A stretch of DNA of 64,000 bases from an uncultured Gammaproteobacteria bacterium (GTDB lineage: Bacteria; Patescibacteriota; Microgenomatia; UBA12405; JAHJSD01), in the NCBI GenBank assembly GCA_964498425.1, contig CAZCGQ010000004.1, positions 24,210 through 88,209 of the forward strand, given 5' to 3'. Below are positions 1 to 10,195 of the stretch, one piece after another (positions within the stretch are counted from its first letter, which is position 1; each line of letters starts with the position of its first letter). Position numbers and translations under genes: made by a program. The notes under the pieces were generated by a model, which saw nothing but the letters and a program-made list of their open reading frames with translations, was not told where the DNA came from and searched no databases.

Positions 1-186
1 TCTTTATCCTTAAACCGGCCATAGGCTGAAGAGCCTTTGTTATGAAAGGCGGTGTAAATTGGTGCCTGCGGCCAAATCTCGGAAAGAGCCAAGAGCACCC
101 GTTCGGCTCCGCCAAACTCACTTAGGTAATCATGGACCAAAGCAACCTTCATACCCAATTATATCAATAATTACCGTATGCCTTCA

Positions 187-195
187 TGATATAAT
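187..195 (+). promoter_or_regulatory. Extended -10 promoter element (TGaTATAAT) upstream of the CDS at 234
   Basis: tgatataat at 187-195, about 40 nt upstream of the ATG at 234. The -35 is weak. Confidence 0.3.
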
Positions 196-233
196 CCAAA
201 TCAAAATTACCTGCTCCTAGTTTTACTTACAAA

Positions 234-1205
234 ATGAATTTGGAAAGAGTTAGTGTTAATCAAGATAGGCTTGCTGAAGTTGTTGAACGCTGTTTAGAAG
301 CAAGAAAAAATCAGGAATTGATTTTTCGTGACCGACCGCGGCCGCCGGAAGAAGATTACATTAAATTACTGCAAAGTGTAGGAGAAAGCCTTGGTGATAA
401 TCGACTTGCCCTTAATGCTCTTTTTCTTACAACAATGCTGGTTAGAGGCGACAGTACCCGAAACCTGTTTAAAAGAATTTCTGATTCCTATAAGCTTGAT
501 CGAGACAGTTGGATATTCCAACCTGAAATAGTCGTCAACCAGGACAAAGAAGAAGTTACTGCTACCTGCTATCAATTTTTTCGACCGGGCAGTTTCAGCG
601 GCCAAGCAATTGATAACAGCTGGGTACACAACTGCCAACTGCTACACCAAAGATACGGCGGGAATATTAGAATTTTCTTTGAAGAACATGGGAATGATGC
701 TGTTAAAATTGTCGATGCTCTTTATTACAAGGCTAGAGCTAAAACCAAGGACAAAAAAAATAACCATGCCTTTTTAGGATTTGGCCCCAAACTTGCCTTA
801 CTTTATATTCAGTGGGCAAATCAATATCTGCATCCTTTAAAAAACGCTGAAAAAATTGGTCCACCAGTAGATTTCCAACTCAGCCGCGTATTTATTCAAA
901 CCGGAGCAGTTCATCTAGAAACCCCGGTCACTGCTCACCAACTAACCAATCGCATTCTTCACCCCAACCTCACCCGGTTATGCGAAGAACACCGCTGGCA
1001 TCCTCGAATGGTTTCTGAAACCATCTGGGAAGTCGGCAACCTAGCCTGCGGCCGACACGCCCATAGTTTGTGTCCAGTAGAAGATATGTGTACTCGATTA
1101 GTTTCTTACAAGCCCTATGACCGAGACGGGGTACTTGACCCAACCGATTCCGGTAGATTCGCCAAGCCGCAAAGCCACTTTTTCCGCCAACTCGACTCTT
1201 CCTGA
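234..1205 (+). CDS. Putative HhH-motif DNA-glycosylase-like protein (helix-hairpin-helix plus C-terminal Cys cluster)
   Basis: 323-aa ORF with an LGFGPKLALLYI HhH-like motif and a C-terminal CGRHAHSLCPVEDMC Cys cluster reminiscent of the EndoIII-family Fe-S loop. The family assignment is tentative. Confidence 0.3.
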   Translation: MNLERVSVNQDRLAEVVERCLEARKNQELIFRDRPRPPEEDYIKLLQSVGESLGDNRLALNALFLTTMLVRGDSTRNLFKRISDSYKLDRDSWIFQPEIVVNQDKEEVTATCYQFFRPGSFSGQAIDNSWVHNCQLLHQRYGGNIRIFFEEHGNDAVKIVDALYYKARAKTKDKKNNHAFLGFGPKLALLYIQWANQYLHPLKNAEKIGPPVDFQLSRVFIQTGAVHLETPVTAHQLTNRILHPNLTRLCEEHRWHPRMVSETIWEVGNLACGRHAHSLCPVEDMCTRLVSYKPYDRDGVLDPTDSGRFAKPQSHFFRQLDSS

Positions 1206-1208
1206 AGT

Positions 1209-1703
1209 TTACTCAAATCTCTGCCATTCCATCTTTTCGCCCTTCAATTGTTTTTCGGCCATGACCAATTCCTCGTAGATACCGTCAAGAAGGTCATAAT
1301 CCTTTGCTTCTTCTAAATCCACCCAGACAAATTTATCAGTTTCACCCTCTTGCAGGGTAACCTCGCCGGAAGCATAATCAGCCAAGCAGGAAATAACCAA
1401 GGAGGGATTGCCGTCGGAGTGAATTGTTGCCAAAGAAGTAACATAGTCAATGTTGTCAATATCAATGCCAACTTCTTCCATAACCTCACGCCGGAGGACC
1501 TTTTCCAACACGTTATACCAATAGAACTCTGTTTCCTTGGGTAAATCAATATAATCGCTGATCTCCAGCTTACCGCCAGGAACAGTCCACATCCCGGGAA
1601 AACGTTTTTTGTTAGGTGACCGTCGGGTAATCAAGTACTTGTCATCCTTAACGACAATGGCTGTTATTACCACTTCGTGAAGCTTGTCGTCATTAACTTT
1701 CAT
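1209..1703 (-). CDS. Nudix hydrolase
   Basis: Nudix box GGKLEISDY...REVMEEVGI (GX5EX7REVXEEXGI pattern). Confidence 0.7.
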   Translation of the reverse strand: MKVNDDKLHEVVITAIVVKDDKYLITRRSPNKKRFPGMWTVPGGKLEISDYIDLPKETEFYWYNVLEKVLRREVMEEVGIDIDNIDYVTSLATIHSDGNPSLVISCLADYASGEVTLQEGETDKFVWVDLEEAKDYDLLDGIYEELVMAEKQLKGEKMEWQRFE

Positions 1704-1739
1704 TGTTTTATTATAACAAAAAATACTAGTTCGTTCTTG

Positions 1740-2678
1740 CTAAATCAGTTTCATTTGGCTGTCGGTGTGGCCGGAATCGAACTTGTCTTCAATCCGGCGG
1801 ACAAGCGAACGGAAATTCAAGCTTTCCAGGGAATTTTTTAATCGAATTAGCTTTTGGTCAGTAAATTCGGCATTTTCCCAATCAACTTCTATCGGAGCAT
1901 CGGTAACAATTTCGGCTAATTCATAGGAAAGTTTAGCCGATTCCATTCCTTTTTCAAGCTTTGCCCGAGTAGTGTCGGGAAACTCATCCAAATGGTCATA
2001 GATTTCCTCAACCGTGTCATATTTGTCAAATAACTTAGCCGCTGTCTTTGGTCCAATGCCATAAACACCGGGATAATTGTCCGAAGAATCACCGATCAAG
2101 GCCTTATAGTCAATCACCTGTTCCGGCTTAACCCCAAGTTTTTCCTCAACTTCCTCCGGCCCAACTAATTCCCCGCCGGAAATACCCCGGCCAAGAATAT
2201 ACAAACTTGTTTGGTCATCAACCAACTGCATCAAGTCCTTATCCCCCGTTACAATAATCACATTATCAACTTTTAACTTTTCACCAGCCTCGACGGCAGG
2301 CGGGCTTTTAACTTTTAACTGACGAGAAATCGTTCCCGCCAAATCATCTGCTTCATAGCCCTCAAGCATTTTCATTGGAATACTGGAATTTTCAAGCGTC
2401 TCCCTAGTCAAATCAATCTGGCTTTTCAGCTCATCTTCCATCTTCGGCCGATGGGCTTGATAACCGACAAACTTTTCGTGTCGAAAGGTCGGACCGGGAG
2501 CATCAAAACAACAAACCAGATAATCTGGTTCCAGCTCATCAATTGAAGAAAGAAGCATTGAAAAAAAACCATAAACAGCATTTATTGGCTTACCGCCCTG
2601 AGTTAGACTGTCCTTGGGTAAGGCGTGATAGGCACGGTGAAGCAGGGCATGGGAATCAATAATGACTAACTTCGACAT
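1740..2678 (-). CDS. 5'-3' exonuclease / flap endonuclease (Pol I N-terminal-domain homolog)
   Basis: N-terminal VIIDSHALLHRAYHAL and H3TH motif GIGPKTAAKLF. Carries an in-frame KVKSPPAVEAGEKLKV insertion (see findings). Confidence 0.8.
   Translation of the reverse strand: MSKLVIIDSHALLHRAYHALPKDSLTQGGKPINAVYGFFSMLLSSIDELEPDYLVCCFDAPGPTFRHEKFVGYQAHRPKMEDELKSQIDLTRETLENSSIPMKMLEGYEADDLAGTISRQLKVKSPPAVEAGEKLKVDNVIIVTGDKDLMQLVDDQTSLYILGRGISGGELVGPEEVEEKLGVKPEQVIDYKALIGDSSDNYPGVYGIGPKTAAKLFDKYDTVEEIYDHLDEFPDTTRAKLEKGMESAKLSYELAEIVTDAPIEVDWENAEFTDQKLIRLKNSLESLNFRSLVRRIEDKFDSGHTDSQMKLI
2281..2319. repeat. Miniature GC-rich in-frame insertion element, copy B (inside the exonuclease gene), flanked by AAAAGTTAAAAG direct repeats
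   Basis: tcaccagcctcgacggcaggcgggcttttaacttttaac. Its reverse complement matches 3211-3246 with about 3 mismatches. The flanks are ttttaactttt on both sides. Confidence 0.5.
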
Positions 2679-2734
2679 ATACTATTATATATAATCAATT
2701 TTCGAATGTTCAATTTTCAAATTTTCAAAAAAAT

Positions 2735-3664
2735 TTGGTTGTAAATCAGTCTCCACTTGCTGTCAACTATTTACTGCTTTATACTGAAATAGATATGGAA
2801 CATCACCCAATACCACAGCAAATCAGTTCATATGAATTCCGCCTCGTCGGCAGTATGACTTTGAAGCAATTTATTAAATTGGCTGGTGGTTTAATTATCG
2901 CTTTTTTGTTTTATAACAGCAAACTGATTTTCTTTATTAAATGGCCGATGGTAATCCTCTTTGCCAGCTTAGGAGCGGGATTAGCCTTTATGCCAATTAA
3001 CGAACAACCATTGGAAAAGTGGATTCTTGCCTTTTTCAACAGTATTTACTCTCCATCCATCTATATTTGGCAAAAACAGCCGCAGTTATTAGGGTTTGAA
3101 GAAGGTTTTTATCAACCCCAAGAAGGATCACCCATGCCAGAGGAACCAGCTGAGTCGGAAGATAAGGAACCAAGGCTCGAAGAATTTCTTGCAACTATTG
3201 ATGAAGATAGAAAAGTGAAAAGCCCGCCTGGCGTCGAGGCCGGTGATAAGGAAACTACGCCAGTCGAAGAAGAAGTGAAAGAACCAGAAACGGAACCAAA
3301 ACCAAGAATTGAGCTTGAGCGGCAAAAACCGCTGGAAGCAACAGCTGAAGCCGAATACGGAGAAATTCCGATGCCAAAAACACCTCAAACTCCAAACAAG
3401 GTTGTCGGCATGGTTTTCACTAGAGAGGGTAAAATGGTCGAAAATGCAATTATTGAAATTCAGGATAAAAACGGCAATGCGGTTAGAGCTTTAAGAACCA
3501 ACCGCTTGGGCCAATTTGAAACAGCCACACCTCTATCAAAAGGTGAATACCTAGTAACCGTTGAGAAGGAAGGGTATGACTTTGATATACTGAAAATAGA
3601 AGCTAAAGGTGAAGTTTTAGAACCATTAATTATTAAAACAAAAAACGGGAAGGGTAACGGTTAA
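2735..3664 (+). CDS. PrgI-like T4SS membrane protein with C-terminal carboxypeptidase-regulatory-like beta domain
   Basis: Two TM helices after MEHHPIPQQISSYEF (typical of PrgI-family proteins upstream of VirB4). The C-terminus GMVFTREGKMVENAIIEIQDKNGNAV...GEYLVTVEKEGYDF resembles a CarboxypepD_reg fold. The true start may be the internal Met at 2795. Confidence 0.45.
   Translation: MVVNQSPLAVNYLLLYTEIDMEHHPIPQQISSYEFRLVGSMTLKQFIKLAGGLIIAFLFYNSKLIFFIKWPMVILFASLGAGLAFMPINEQPLEKWILAFFNSIYSPSIYIWQKQPQLLGFEEGFYQPQEGSPMPEEPAESEDKEPRLEEFLATIDEDRKVKSPPGVEAGDKETTPVEEEVKEPETEPKPRIELERQKPLEATAEAEYGEIPMPKTPQTPNKVVGMVFTREGKMVENAIIEIQDKNGNAVRALRTNRLGQFETATPLSKGEYLVTVEKEGYDFDILKIEAKGEVLEPLIIKTKNGKGNG
3211..3246. 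repeat. Miniature GC-rich in-frame insertion element, copy A (inside the PrgI-like gene)
   Basis: aaaagtgaaaagcccgcctggcgtcgaggccggtga encodes KVKSPPGVEAGD. It is near-identical to the reverse complement of 2281-2319. Confidence 0.5.
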
Positions 3665-3754
3665 GACGCCCGTATCGGTAATGTAAAGGGGCAGCGTGAC
3701 CGAAAACGAAAGACGATACGAGTTTCGTAACCTTAACCGATAAACGATATAAGT

Positions 3755-4480
3755 ATGGATTTAAAGGAAATCGCCATTAAAGGAACCAGTCAAGATCATT
3801 TGCCGATTGAGGATATTCAAAACAATTTGGTTATTCTCAAAGACGGAACAACAGTGATGATTGTTAAAACATCATCAGTCAACTTTGATCTACTTTCTGA
3901 AAAAGAACAAGACGCAATGATTTATGCCTACGCCGCTATGCTTAATTCCCTGACCTACCCAATAGAAATTATTGTCAGATCAACCGCCAAGGATGTTTCT
4001 AACTATTTAAAAAGAATAAAAAAGCAGGGTACTAAAATCAGCAACCCCCTGCTGAAAAAACAAATACAATCCTATCACGACTTCGTTGAGGAAGTAGTGG
4101 AAAAAAACAATGTTCTAGCTAAAACATTTTATATTGCTGTTCCCTTTTACCCGGCGGAGATGGGAACAGCGGCGGCCGCCCATTCATCAGTACCCGGATT
4201 TCTGTCATTTCTTAAAAAGGAAAAGAAAACTTTGCCAATGAGTAAAGAAAAAATCGTTGAAAAAGCCAATGCCGCCTTGGAACCAAAGCTGGAACACCTG
4301 ACCCGGCTTTTTGGCCGACTGGGCTTAACCGTAAAGCAATTGGAAACTAAAGAGCTTATCCGCTTATTTTATAAAATTTACAACCCAGAATCGTCTTTGG
4401 GAGAAAATATCGAAGCCTTAAATCAACAAGGTGTAATGATTCATGGACCAAAACAAGATGTTCAACAAAATACTCAATAA
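3755..4480 (+). CDS. VirB4-like ATPase N-terminal domain, encoded as a separate ORF (split from the ATPase core)
   Basis: 241-aa ORF whose last 38 nt overlap the start of the VirB4-like ATPase in another frame. Domain identity is inferred from position. Confidence 0.4.
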   Translation: MDLKEIAIKGTSQDHLPIEDIQNNLVILKDGTTVMIVKTSSVNFDLLSEKEQDAMIYAYAAMLNSLTYPIEIIVRSTAKDVSNYLKRIKKQGTKISNPLLKKQIQSYHDFVEEVVEKNNVLAKTFYIAVPFYPAEMGTAAAAHSSVPGFLSFLKKEKKTLPMSKEKIVEKANAALEPKLEHLTRLFGRLGLTVKQLETKELIRLFYKIYNPESSLGENIEALNQQGVMIHGPKQDVQQNTQ

Positions 4481-6464
4481 AATCAAACCGGGAAAATCAT
4501 CCTCGGCTGAAAACCAGCAAGGCAAGGAACAACAAACCAACCAGAAAAAGCAAAAGCAGCTTGACCCCAAAATTAGGGATTTTGGCGAAGGCCTGGTTTC
4601 TGTTCAAGATATCATTGCCCCATCAGCGATTGAGGTTGATTTCGACTGGATAAGAATCAATAATCATTACTACCGAACCTTGTTTGTCGTCAATTATCCT
4701 CGTTTCGTTTCCGCCAACTGGCTGTCTTCATTGATTAATTTTGATCACTCTTTAGATATATCGATGAACGTTTATCCAACTGAGGGAAAGGAAATCCTCT
4801 CTAACCTGAGAAGAAAAATTGCTGAAATGGAAGCAGAAATTTCTTCAGATGTCCAACGCGGTAAGGTTGTTGATCCTTCTACCAAAGCTAAACTGGAGGA
4901 CGCGCTAAGTTTACAGGAGGAACTGGTAAAGGGAGTTGAAAAATTCTTCCAGTTCGGCCTCTATATTACTATTGGATCAGAGTCAGTTAAGGAGCTTAAC
5001 CAGATTACTAAGGAATTGGAATCAAACCTCGGTTCGTTGTTGATTATTCCTAAACACGCTACTTTACAAATGGAAAATGGTTTCAAAACCACTCTGCCCT
5101 TAGCCAATGACAAATTAAATGTAACCCGTAACATGGATACTACTTCTCTGGCAACTACCTTTCCTTTCGTTTCATCTGATTTGTCAGATGACAAAGGGAT
5201 AATGTACGGGCTGAATGAACACAATGGCTCATTAATTGTTTTTGACCGGTTCAGTATGGAAAACGCTAACTCCATCCTTTTTGCTAAATCCGGTGCTGGT
5301 AAATCCTATCTAGTTAAGCTCGAAGCTCTGCGTTCACTGATGTTCGGCACCGAAGTCATTGTTCTTGACCCTGAAAATGAATACAAAGCTTTAGCGGAAG
5401 CCGCCGGCGGCCAATTTATTACTTTTAGTTTTGAATCTGAATCCAAGATTAACCCCTTTGACCTAGAAATTACCCCGGATGAAGAAAGCAAAAATCAGCT
5501 CGGCCGGAAAATTATGGCTTTGCACAGCCTCTTTGCCCTAATCATGGGAGACATGAATGCTAAAGAAGAAGCTCTACTTGACCGGGCTTTAGTTCAAACT
5601 TACAAAATGCGAGGTATTACTCCAACTAACCCACCTAAACCAGATACGGAAATGCCCTTAGTTGAAGACCTCTATAAAGTGCTTTTAGGAATGGAAGAAG
5701 AACAGGCCGCGTCCCTAGCTGCCAGGTTGGAAAAGTTTATTAAGGGATCATTTTCCGGCTTGTTTAACTCCCAAACTAACGTAGAACTCGATAACGAGTT
5801 CATTGTTTTTGGTATCCGTGACCTGGAGGAAGAACTTCGACCTATTGCCATGCACATTGTTTTGGACTTCATTTGGAATAAAATTCGGAAAGAAATGAAA
5901 AAAAGAATCTTAATTGTCGACGAGGCCTGGTACCTAATGCAATACGCTGACACGGCTCAGTATCTCTACAGTTTAGCCAAACGGGCCAGAAAATACTACT
6001 TGGGCATGACAACAATCACTCAGGATGTTCAAGACTTCCTTGGTTCGGATTACGGTAAGGCCATTGTAACCAACTCCTCCATTCAAATACTCCTTAAACA
6101 GCATCCGGCGGCGATTGATCAAGTTGCCGAAGTGTTTTACCTTTCTGAAGGAGAAAAGCAGTTGCTTTTAGGGGCTGACATCGGTGAAGGTATATTCTTT
6201 GCCGGCCAAAATCACGTTGCTATTAGAGTTATCGCCTCTCCTGATGAACATAAACTAATTACCTCCAGCCCGAAGGATATTTTGGCAATGAAGAAAGGTA
6301 AAGGCCCGGAATCTCAACCCAAATCTACTCAACTAGATGAACAGGCAACAGAGGAACAACCACCCCAACAAAGATTAGAAACCGACCCCCCGCCGCAAGC
6401 TTCGCAGCAGTCAGACGGGGCTCCGCAAGCAGGCGGGCAAGGCACCGGTCGCGAACAGTATTAA
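4443..6464 (+). CDS. virB4: VirB4/TraC/CagE-family type IV secretion ATPase
   Basis: Walker A AKSGAGKS, Walker B ILIVDEAWYLM, and VirB4-like conserved blocks. Low-complexity Q/P-rich C-terminal tail. Confidence 0.7.
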   Translation: MDQNKMFNKILNKIKPGKSSSAENQQGKEQQTNQKKQKQLDPKIRDFGEGLVSVQDIIAPSAIEVDFDWIRINNHYYRTLFVVNYPRFVSANWLSSLINFDHSLDISMNVYPTEGKEILSNLRRKIAEMEAEISSDVQRGKVVDPSTKAKLEDALSLQEELVKGVEKFFQFGLYITIGSESVKELNQITKELESNLGSLLIIPKHATLQMENGFKTTLPLANDKLNVTRNMDTTSLATTFPFVSSDLSDDKGIMYGLNEHNGSLIVFDRFSMENANSILFAKSGAGKSYLVKLEALRSLMFGTEVIVLDPENEYKALAEAAGGQFITFSFESESKINPFDLEITPDEESKNQLGRKIMALHSLFALIMGDMNAKEEALLDRALVQTYKMRGITPTNPPKPDTEMPLVEDLYKVLLGMEEEQAASLAARLEKFIKGSFSGLFNSQTNVELDNEFIVFGIRDLEEELRPIAMHIVLDFIWNKIRKEMKKRILIVDEAWYLMQYADTAQYLYSLAKRARKYYLGMTTITQDVQDFLGSDYGKAIVTNSSIQILLKQHPAAIDQVAEVFYLSEGEKQLLLGADIGEGIFFAGQNHVAIRVIASPDEHKLITSSPKDILAMKKGKGPESQPKSTQLDEQATEEQPPQQRLETDPPPQASQQSDGAPQAGGQGTGREQY

Positions 6465-6505
6465 GTTTGATTTCAAATTCCAATCTGATGTGATAAATTA
6501 TAAGT

Positions 6506-9500
6506 ATGGCTAAGGATGATTCCAAGAAACCTCCACTAAGAATAAAAAAGAGGTCAACGCAAACCTCTGAATCAATCTTAAACGGCAAGGTCAAAACTAA
6601 CGCTTTATCCCAATTTTTTCTAGAAACAATAACTAAATATGAAATAACCGAAAACGACAACTGGCAGGAGGTATTAGATAAAACCGGGTTTAACAAAGCT
6701 GAATTTCAAAGAGTGATCGACTACTTGGGAAACTTATTCGGTTTAATACAAAAGGATAACGAAACCTTTGGTGAATTCTTGGAAAGAGCAGTAAACTATC
6801 TTCATTACCACTACCCTCAAGAAGGTGAGATAATAACCGAGGCGAATGTCCCGGCAAATCTTGAGGAGCTAGTTGCTGACTTTGAAGCTCATCAAAAAGA
6901 GATTGAGGATATTAAGGCAAAAGTCCAGCTTAAAAATCAAGAAGTTGTTGCCCTTTTAGAGAGATTGCAAACAGATATTACCCTTTTCACCGCACAATCT
7001 CCGAAAAATCTCCGCATACCCTTAGATAGAAAGATAAAACTAGCAAAAAATATTGTTATTGACCAAGTAGAAACTGTAGAAAATATAAATCGTTCGGATA
7101 GGATAAATATTCCTCCTGAAGCCACCGCCAAAGTGAGTGCTTTTAGCCTTACTGCTGAGGACCCTACTGAATTTGAAACGGTACTGAAAAGCTTAGGTGT
7201 CAAATCGCCTAAAATTCCGACTATTCTCGACCAACTTGCCGAAAATAAGCTAATTTTGCTCGGCCAAGCTATCGCCGTTGAAGATGTCCGCCAAGAAGCG
7301 GTAGATAAAGGTATCGATAATCAAACAATTGAAGCCAAGGCAAAGGAAATTGTCGTTGAGAAAAAAGAACTGGTTAAAGAGAAAATTGAGGAAGAACTTC
7401 CTCGACTGGATAGACAATCCAAAGCAGAAGTCATCTCTGCCAGCCTAACTGACGATTATCAACAAGTATCAGAGGTACTGGATAAAGCCAATGTTACAGC
7501 TTCAAGAAAGAATAAGATTATTTCTGAAATTAAAGTCAGAAATGCTGATTTGGCAGCCCAAGCAGTTGTCAAGATAGTTGCCGGTGGTTTTCCAGAAGTT
7601 GCTGACGAACAAATTACAGTTGATACCGCCCGATTGCTAGAATTACAAACCGAAAAGGCACAGGAAATAGCTGACCAAGCCGGCTTTAAAATACCAGCCG
7701 CCACGGCCGTTAAAATGGGCGCCCTCACTGTTGGCATTCCAGATTTAACCCAACCAGAAACAGATGCTGCTGCTGGAAAAGTTGATGAGTTTAAAAAATT
7801 GCTTGTTGACCTTGGTGAAAAGCCGCCTAAAATAGATACGATTTTAACTCAGCTCAGCCAAAATAGAAAAACACTTTTTAGTCAGGTTCAGGCTGAAAAA
7901 ACTATCAATCAAAAATTAGTTGAAAACAATCTTTCCATAGGCAGAGCTGAGGATACAGCCATTACCACAATCAAATCAAAAAAAGAGTTGATTGAGGAAA
8001 CAGTCGCCCAATACATTCCAGAGGCTAGTCAAAAAATCAGCGCTGAAATTGTTGCCTCCGCTTTAACTGATAATTTTGAATCTGTCCGCCAAAATCTTGA
8101 TCAAATTCCAAACCTTTCAAATGTTGACAAAACTGCTTTTTTTGAGGAAATTGCAGTAACCAACGAATTTTTGGCTGCCCAGGCAACAGTAGCGGACTTA
8201 ATCAAAAATTTACCAGATGAAATTGCCGCTACTGTTCCAGAAAGCTTTCAAGCTAAACTTAGACAACATCCGGAGGTTGTTAATCACATCGCCGGTCTAA
8301 TTGTTGACCAAACCGCTAAAGGCGCTTCTCAAGAAGAAATCCTTCCCTCAGTTATTATTCCAACAACAATTGCCATCAATAATTCCGGGATGACAATTGA
8401 AAAGGGTGAGGAAGAAGCTCTAAAACAAACGCTAACAAATATTCCCAACCCCACTTTGGAAATGGTTACTCTGGGAGAAGACGAATACTTTCAAACCTCA
8501 ATTCTGGTTGAACTAGAAAGGCAGATCCAAACCTATTTGGGAAGAAATATTCTTATTTCTCAACCTGATGGAAAGGCGAGATACTTAGATTTGGATGATA
8601 AAGTCAATGCTCGGGCAGCCAGAATGATGGCTGAGTTTCTCATCGTAAAGCCTAACGCCACCCAAGAGGAATTTTTAAACCAAAGCGAGGCTAAACTTGG
8701 CCTCCTTCCGGCTGAAAACCCAATTGAAGCCTTAGCCCAATTCAATACAGATCAGGATCCACTAATGGCTGCTGCTGTTGCCGCCAAAATGACTGAAGTT
8801 CCCCCTGACCAGCTTCAAGAACAAATAGTTGCTTGGCGGGATTTTGTTGACCAGCTTAAAGAAATGGGACAAGAGGAAGTAATTTATCAAGATAAACTGC
8901 TGGCAACCTTTGAGTCCTGGTACGGAGAGGAAGGAGTTGCTGAATATGTCTATAGCTCCCAGCTTTATCACGTCTACCACAACGTTAAACAAGTTTTTTC
9001 ACCGGTAATTAACCTTTATCAAAAACATATCCAGCCAAGAGTGAAAAAATTCTTAGCCGAAACAGCTGTGGGAAAAAGCATAAAAGCCGCGTTAGATAAA
9101 GGCAAAGATTATCTTAAAGAAAAAATCATTGAACCAGTTAAAAAATGGGTTTTTGAAAAAATAGCCCAAAAGCTCGCCGAAAAAGGGGTTGAAGTTGCCG
9201 TTAATGAAGGTGTTACTGCAGCAATTGCCGCCATTCTTGGCGTGCCAACTGTAGGTGTATCTGTTGCCCTTTGGCTTCTCTGGGAAGGAATTAAAATTGG
9301 CTATAACGCTCTCAAAACTGGCCTAGAAAAACTCGGCGTTGACCCGGTTACTATTTCCGAAAAAATTAATCGAACCTTTGGTTTTGGCATCGCTCCCCGA
9401 GTGAATAGAATTATTGATAAACTTCTCTTCTTCATCCCAGAAATCTTCCGGGATTTTATCAAATTTGTCTTTAACCTCTGGGAACCGGTTTTTTACGCCG

Positions 9501-10195
9501 GAGTTGGCGGTTTAGTAATTGCTGGAGTAACCATTGCTATTGGCATCCCGATTGTTTTTCAAATAATTCCCCGGGGGCTGGTTAACACAACCTTGGCTCC
9601 GCCTATCGGCCGAGGAGGCCAGGGTGTACCAATGAGCCAACCCGGTTTAGGGAATATTGAAATAGCGGATATTGATAAAGACCAGTGTCTAAATTTAAGC
9701 GGCAGTGCTCAACGCGCCTGTATTGTAACTCTCGTCATTGAAGCCTGCAGTACTACTCAGGGAGCAGTTACCAGCTCCAACGTAAATACAGTCAGAGGTT
9801 GTTTTCAAGAAGCAATGGCTGATGACAGCGATATTAATAGCATATTATCCGGTCATGTTGACCATATCGTTAATGCCTTTACCACCTCGACAGACAGTTA
9901 TCACTATTTACAATGTGTTGGTTATAAAATTGCTGTTGAACCAGCCTTACCCGGCTGTGGAGATGCTAAGCGTTACTATAATAATGGCTGCGGAAACTGT
10001 GATCCTGTTCCCGTTAGCAACGTCCAAATCGGAGACAATGCCGTTTGGACAACTGGGGCTTACGGCCATATTGCTATTGTTATAGATGTTGATGATAACT
10101 ACGTTTATTTATCCCAGGCCTGGGGCGGCTCTGGTACAATTAATTTTACCCGTTTACCAAAAACTGACCCAACTGGCTATATCCGATGTCGATAA
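6506..10195 (+). CDS. Giant T4SS-associated surface/membrane protein with C-terminal CHAP peptidoglycan-hydrolase domain (PrgK/TcpG analogue)
   Basis: 1229 aa. About 900 aa of helical repeats (LGVKSPKIPTILDQL / LGEKPPKIDTILTQL), then TM helices, then a C-terminal CHAP signature YLQCVGY...GAYGHIAIVIDVDDNYVYLSQ (Cys/His catalytic pair). Confidence 0.6.
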   Translation: MAKDDSKKPPLRIKKRSTQTSESILNGKVKTNALSQFFLETITKYEITENDNWQEVLDKTGFNKAEFQRVIDYLGNLFGLIQKDNETFGEFLERAVNYLHYHYPQEGEIITEANVPANLEELVADFEAHQKEIEDIKAKVQLKNQEVVALLERLQTDITLFTAQSPKNLRIPLDRKIKLAKNIVIDQVETVENINRSDRINIPPEATAKVSAFSLTAEDPTEFETVLKSLGVKSPKIPTILDQLAENKLILLGQAIAVEDVRQEAVDKGIDNQTIEAKAKEIVVEKKELVKEKIEEELPRLDRQSKAEVISASLTDDYQQVSEVLDKANVTASRKNKIISEIKVRNADLAAQAVVKIVAGGFPEVADEQITVDTARLLELQTEKAQEIADQAGFKIPAATAVKMGALTVGIPDLTQPETDAAAGKVDEFKKLLVDLGEKPPKIDTILTQLSQNRKTLFSQVQAEKTINQKLVENNLSIGRAEDTAITTIKSKKELIEETVAQYIPEASQKISAEIVASALTDNFESVRQNLDQIPNLSNVDKTAFFEEIAVTNEFLAAQATVADLIKNLPDEIAATVPESFQAKLRQHPEVVNHIAGLIVDQTAKGASQEEILPSVIIPTTIAINNSGMTIEKGEEEALKQTLTNIPNPTLEMVTLGEDEYFQTSILVELERQIQTYLGRNILISQPDGKARYLDLDDKVNARAARMMAEFLIVKPNATQEEFLNQSEAKLGLLPAENPIEALAQFNTDQDPLMAAAVAAKMTEVPPDQLQEQIVAWRDFVDQLKEMGQEEVIYQDKLLATFESWYGEEGVAEYVYSSQLYHVYHNVKQVFSPVINLYQKHIQPRVKKFLAETAVGKSIKAALDKGKDYLKEKIIEPVKKWVFEKIAQKLAEKGVEVAVNEGVTAAIAAILGVPTVGVSVALWLLWEGIKIGYNALKTGLEKLGVDPVTISEKINRTFGFGIAPRVNRIIDKLLFFIPEIFRDFIKFVFNLWEPVFYAGVGGLVIAGVTIAIGIPIVFQIIPRGLVNTTLAPPIGRGGQGVPMSQPGLGNIEIADIDKDQCLNLSGSAQRACIVTLVIEACSTTQGAVTSSNVNTVRGCFQEAMADDSDINSILSGHVDHIVNAFTTSTDSYHYLQCVGYKIAVEPALPGCGDAKRYYNNGCGNCDPVPVSNVQIGDNAVWTTGAYGHIAIVIDVDDNYVYLSQAWGGSGTINFTRLPKTDPTGYIRCR

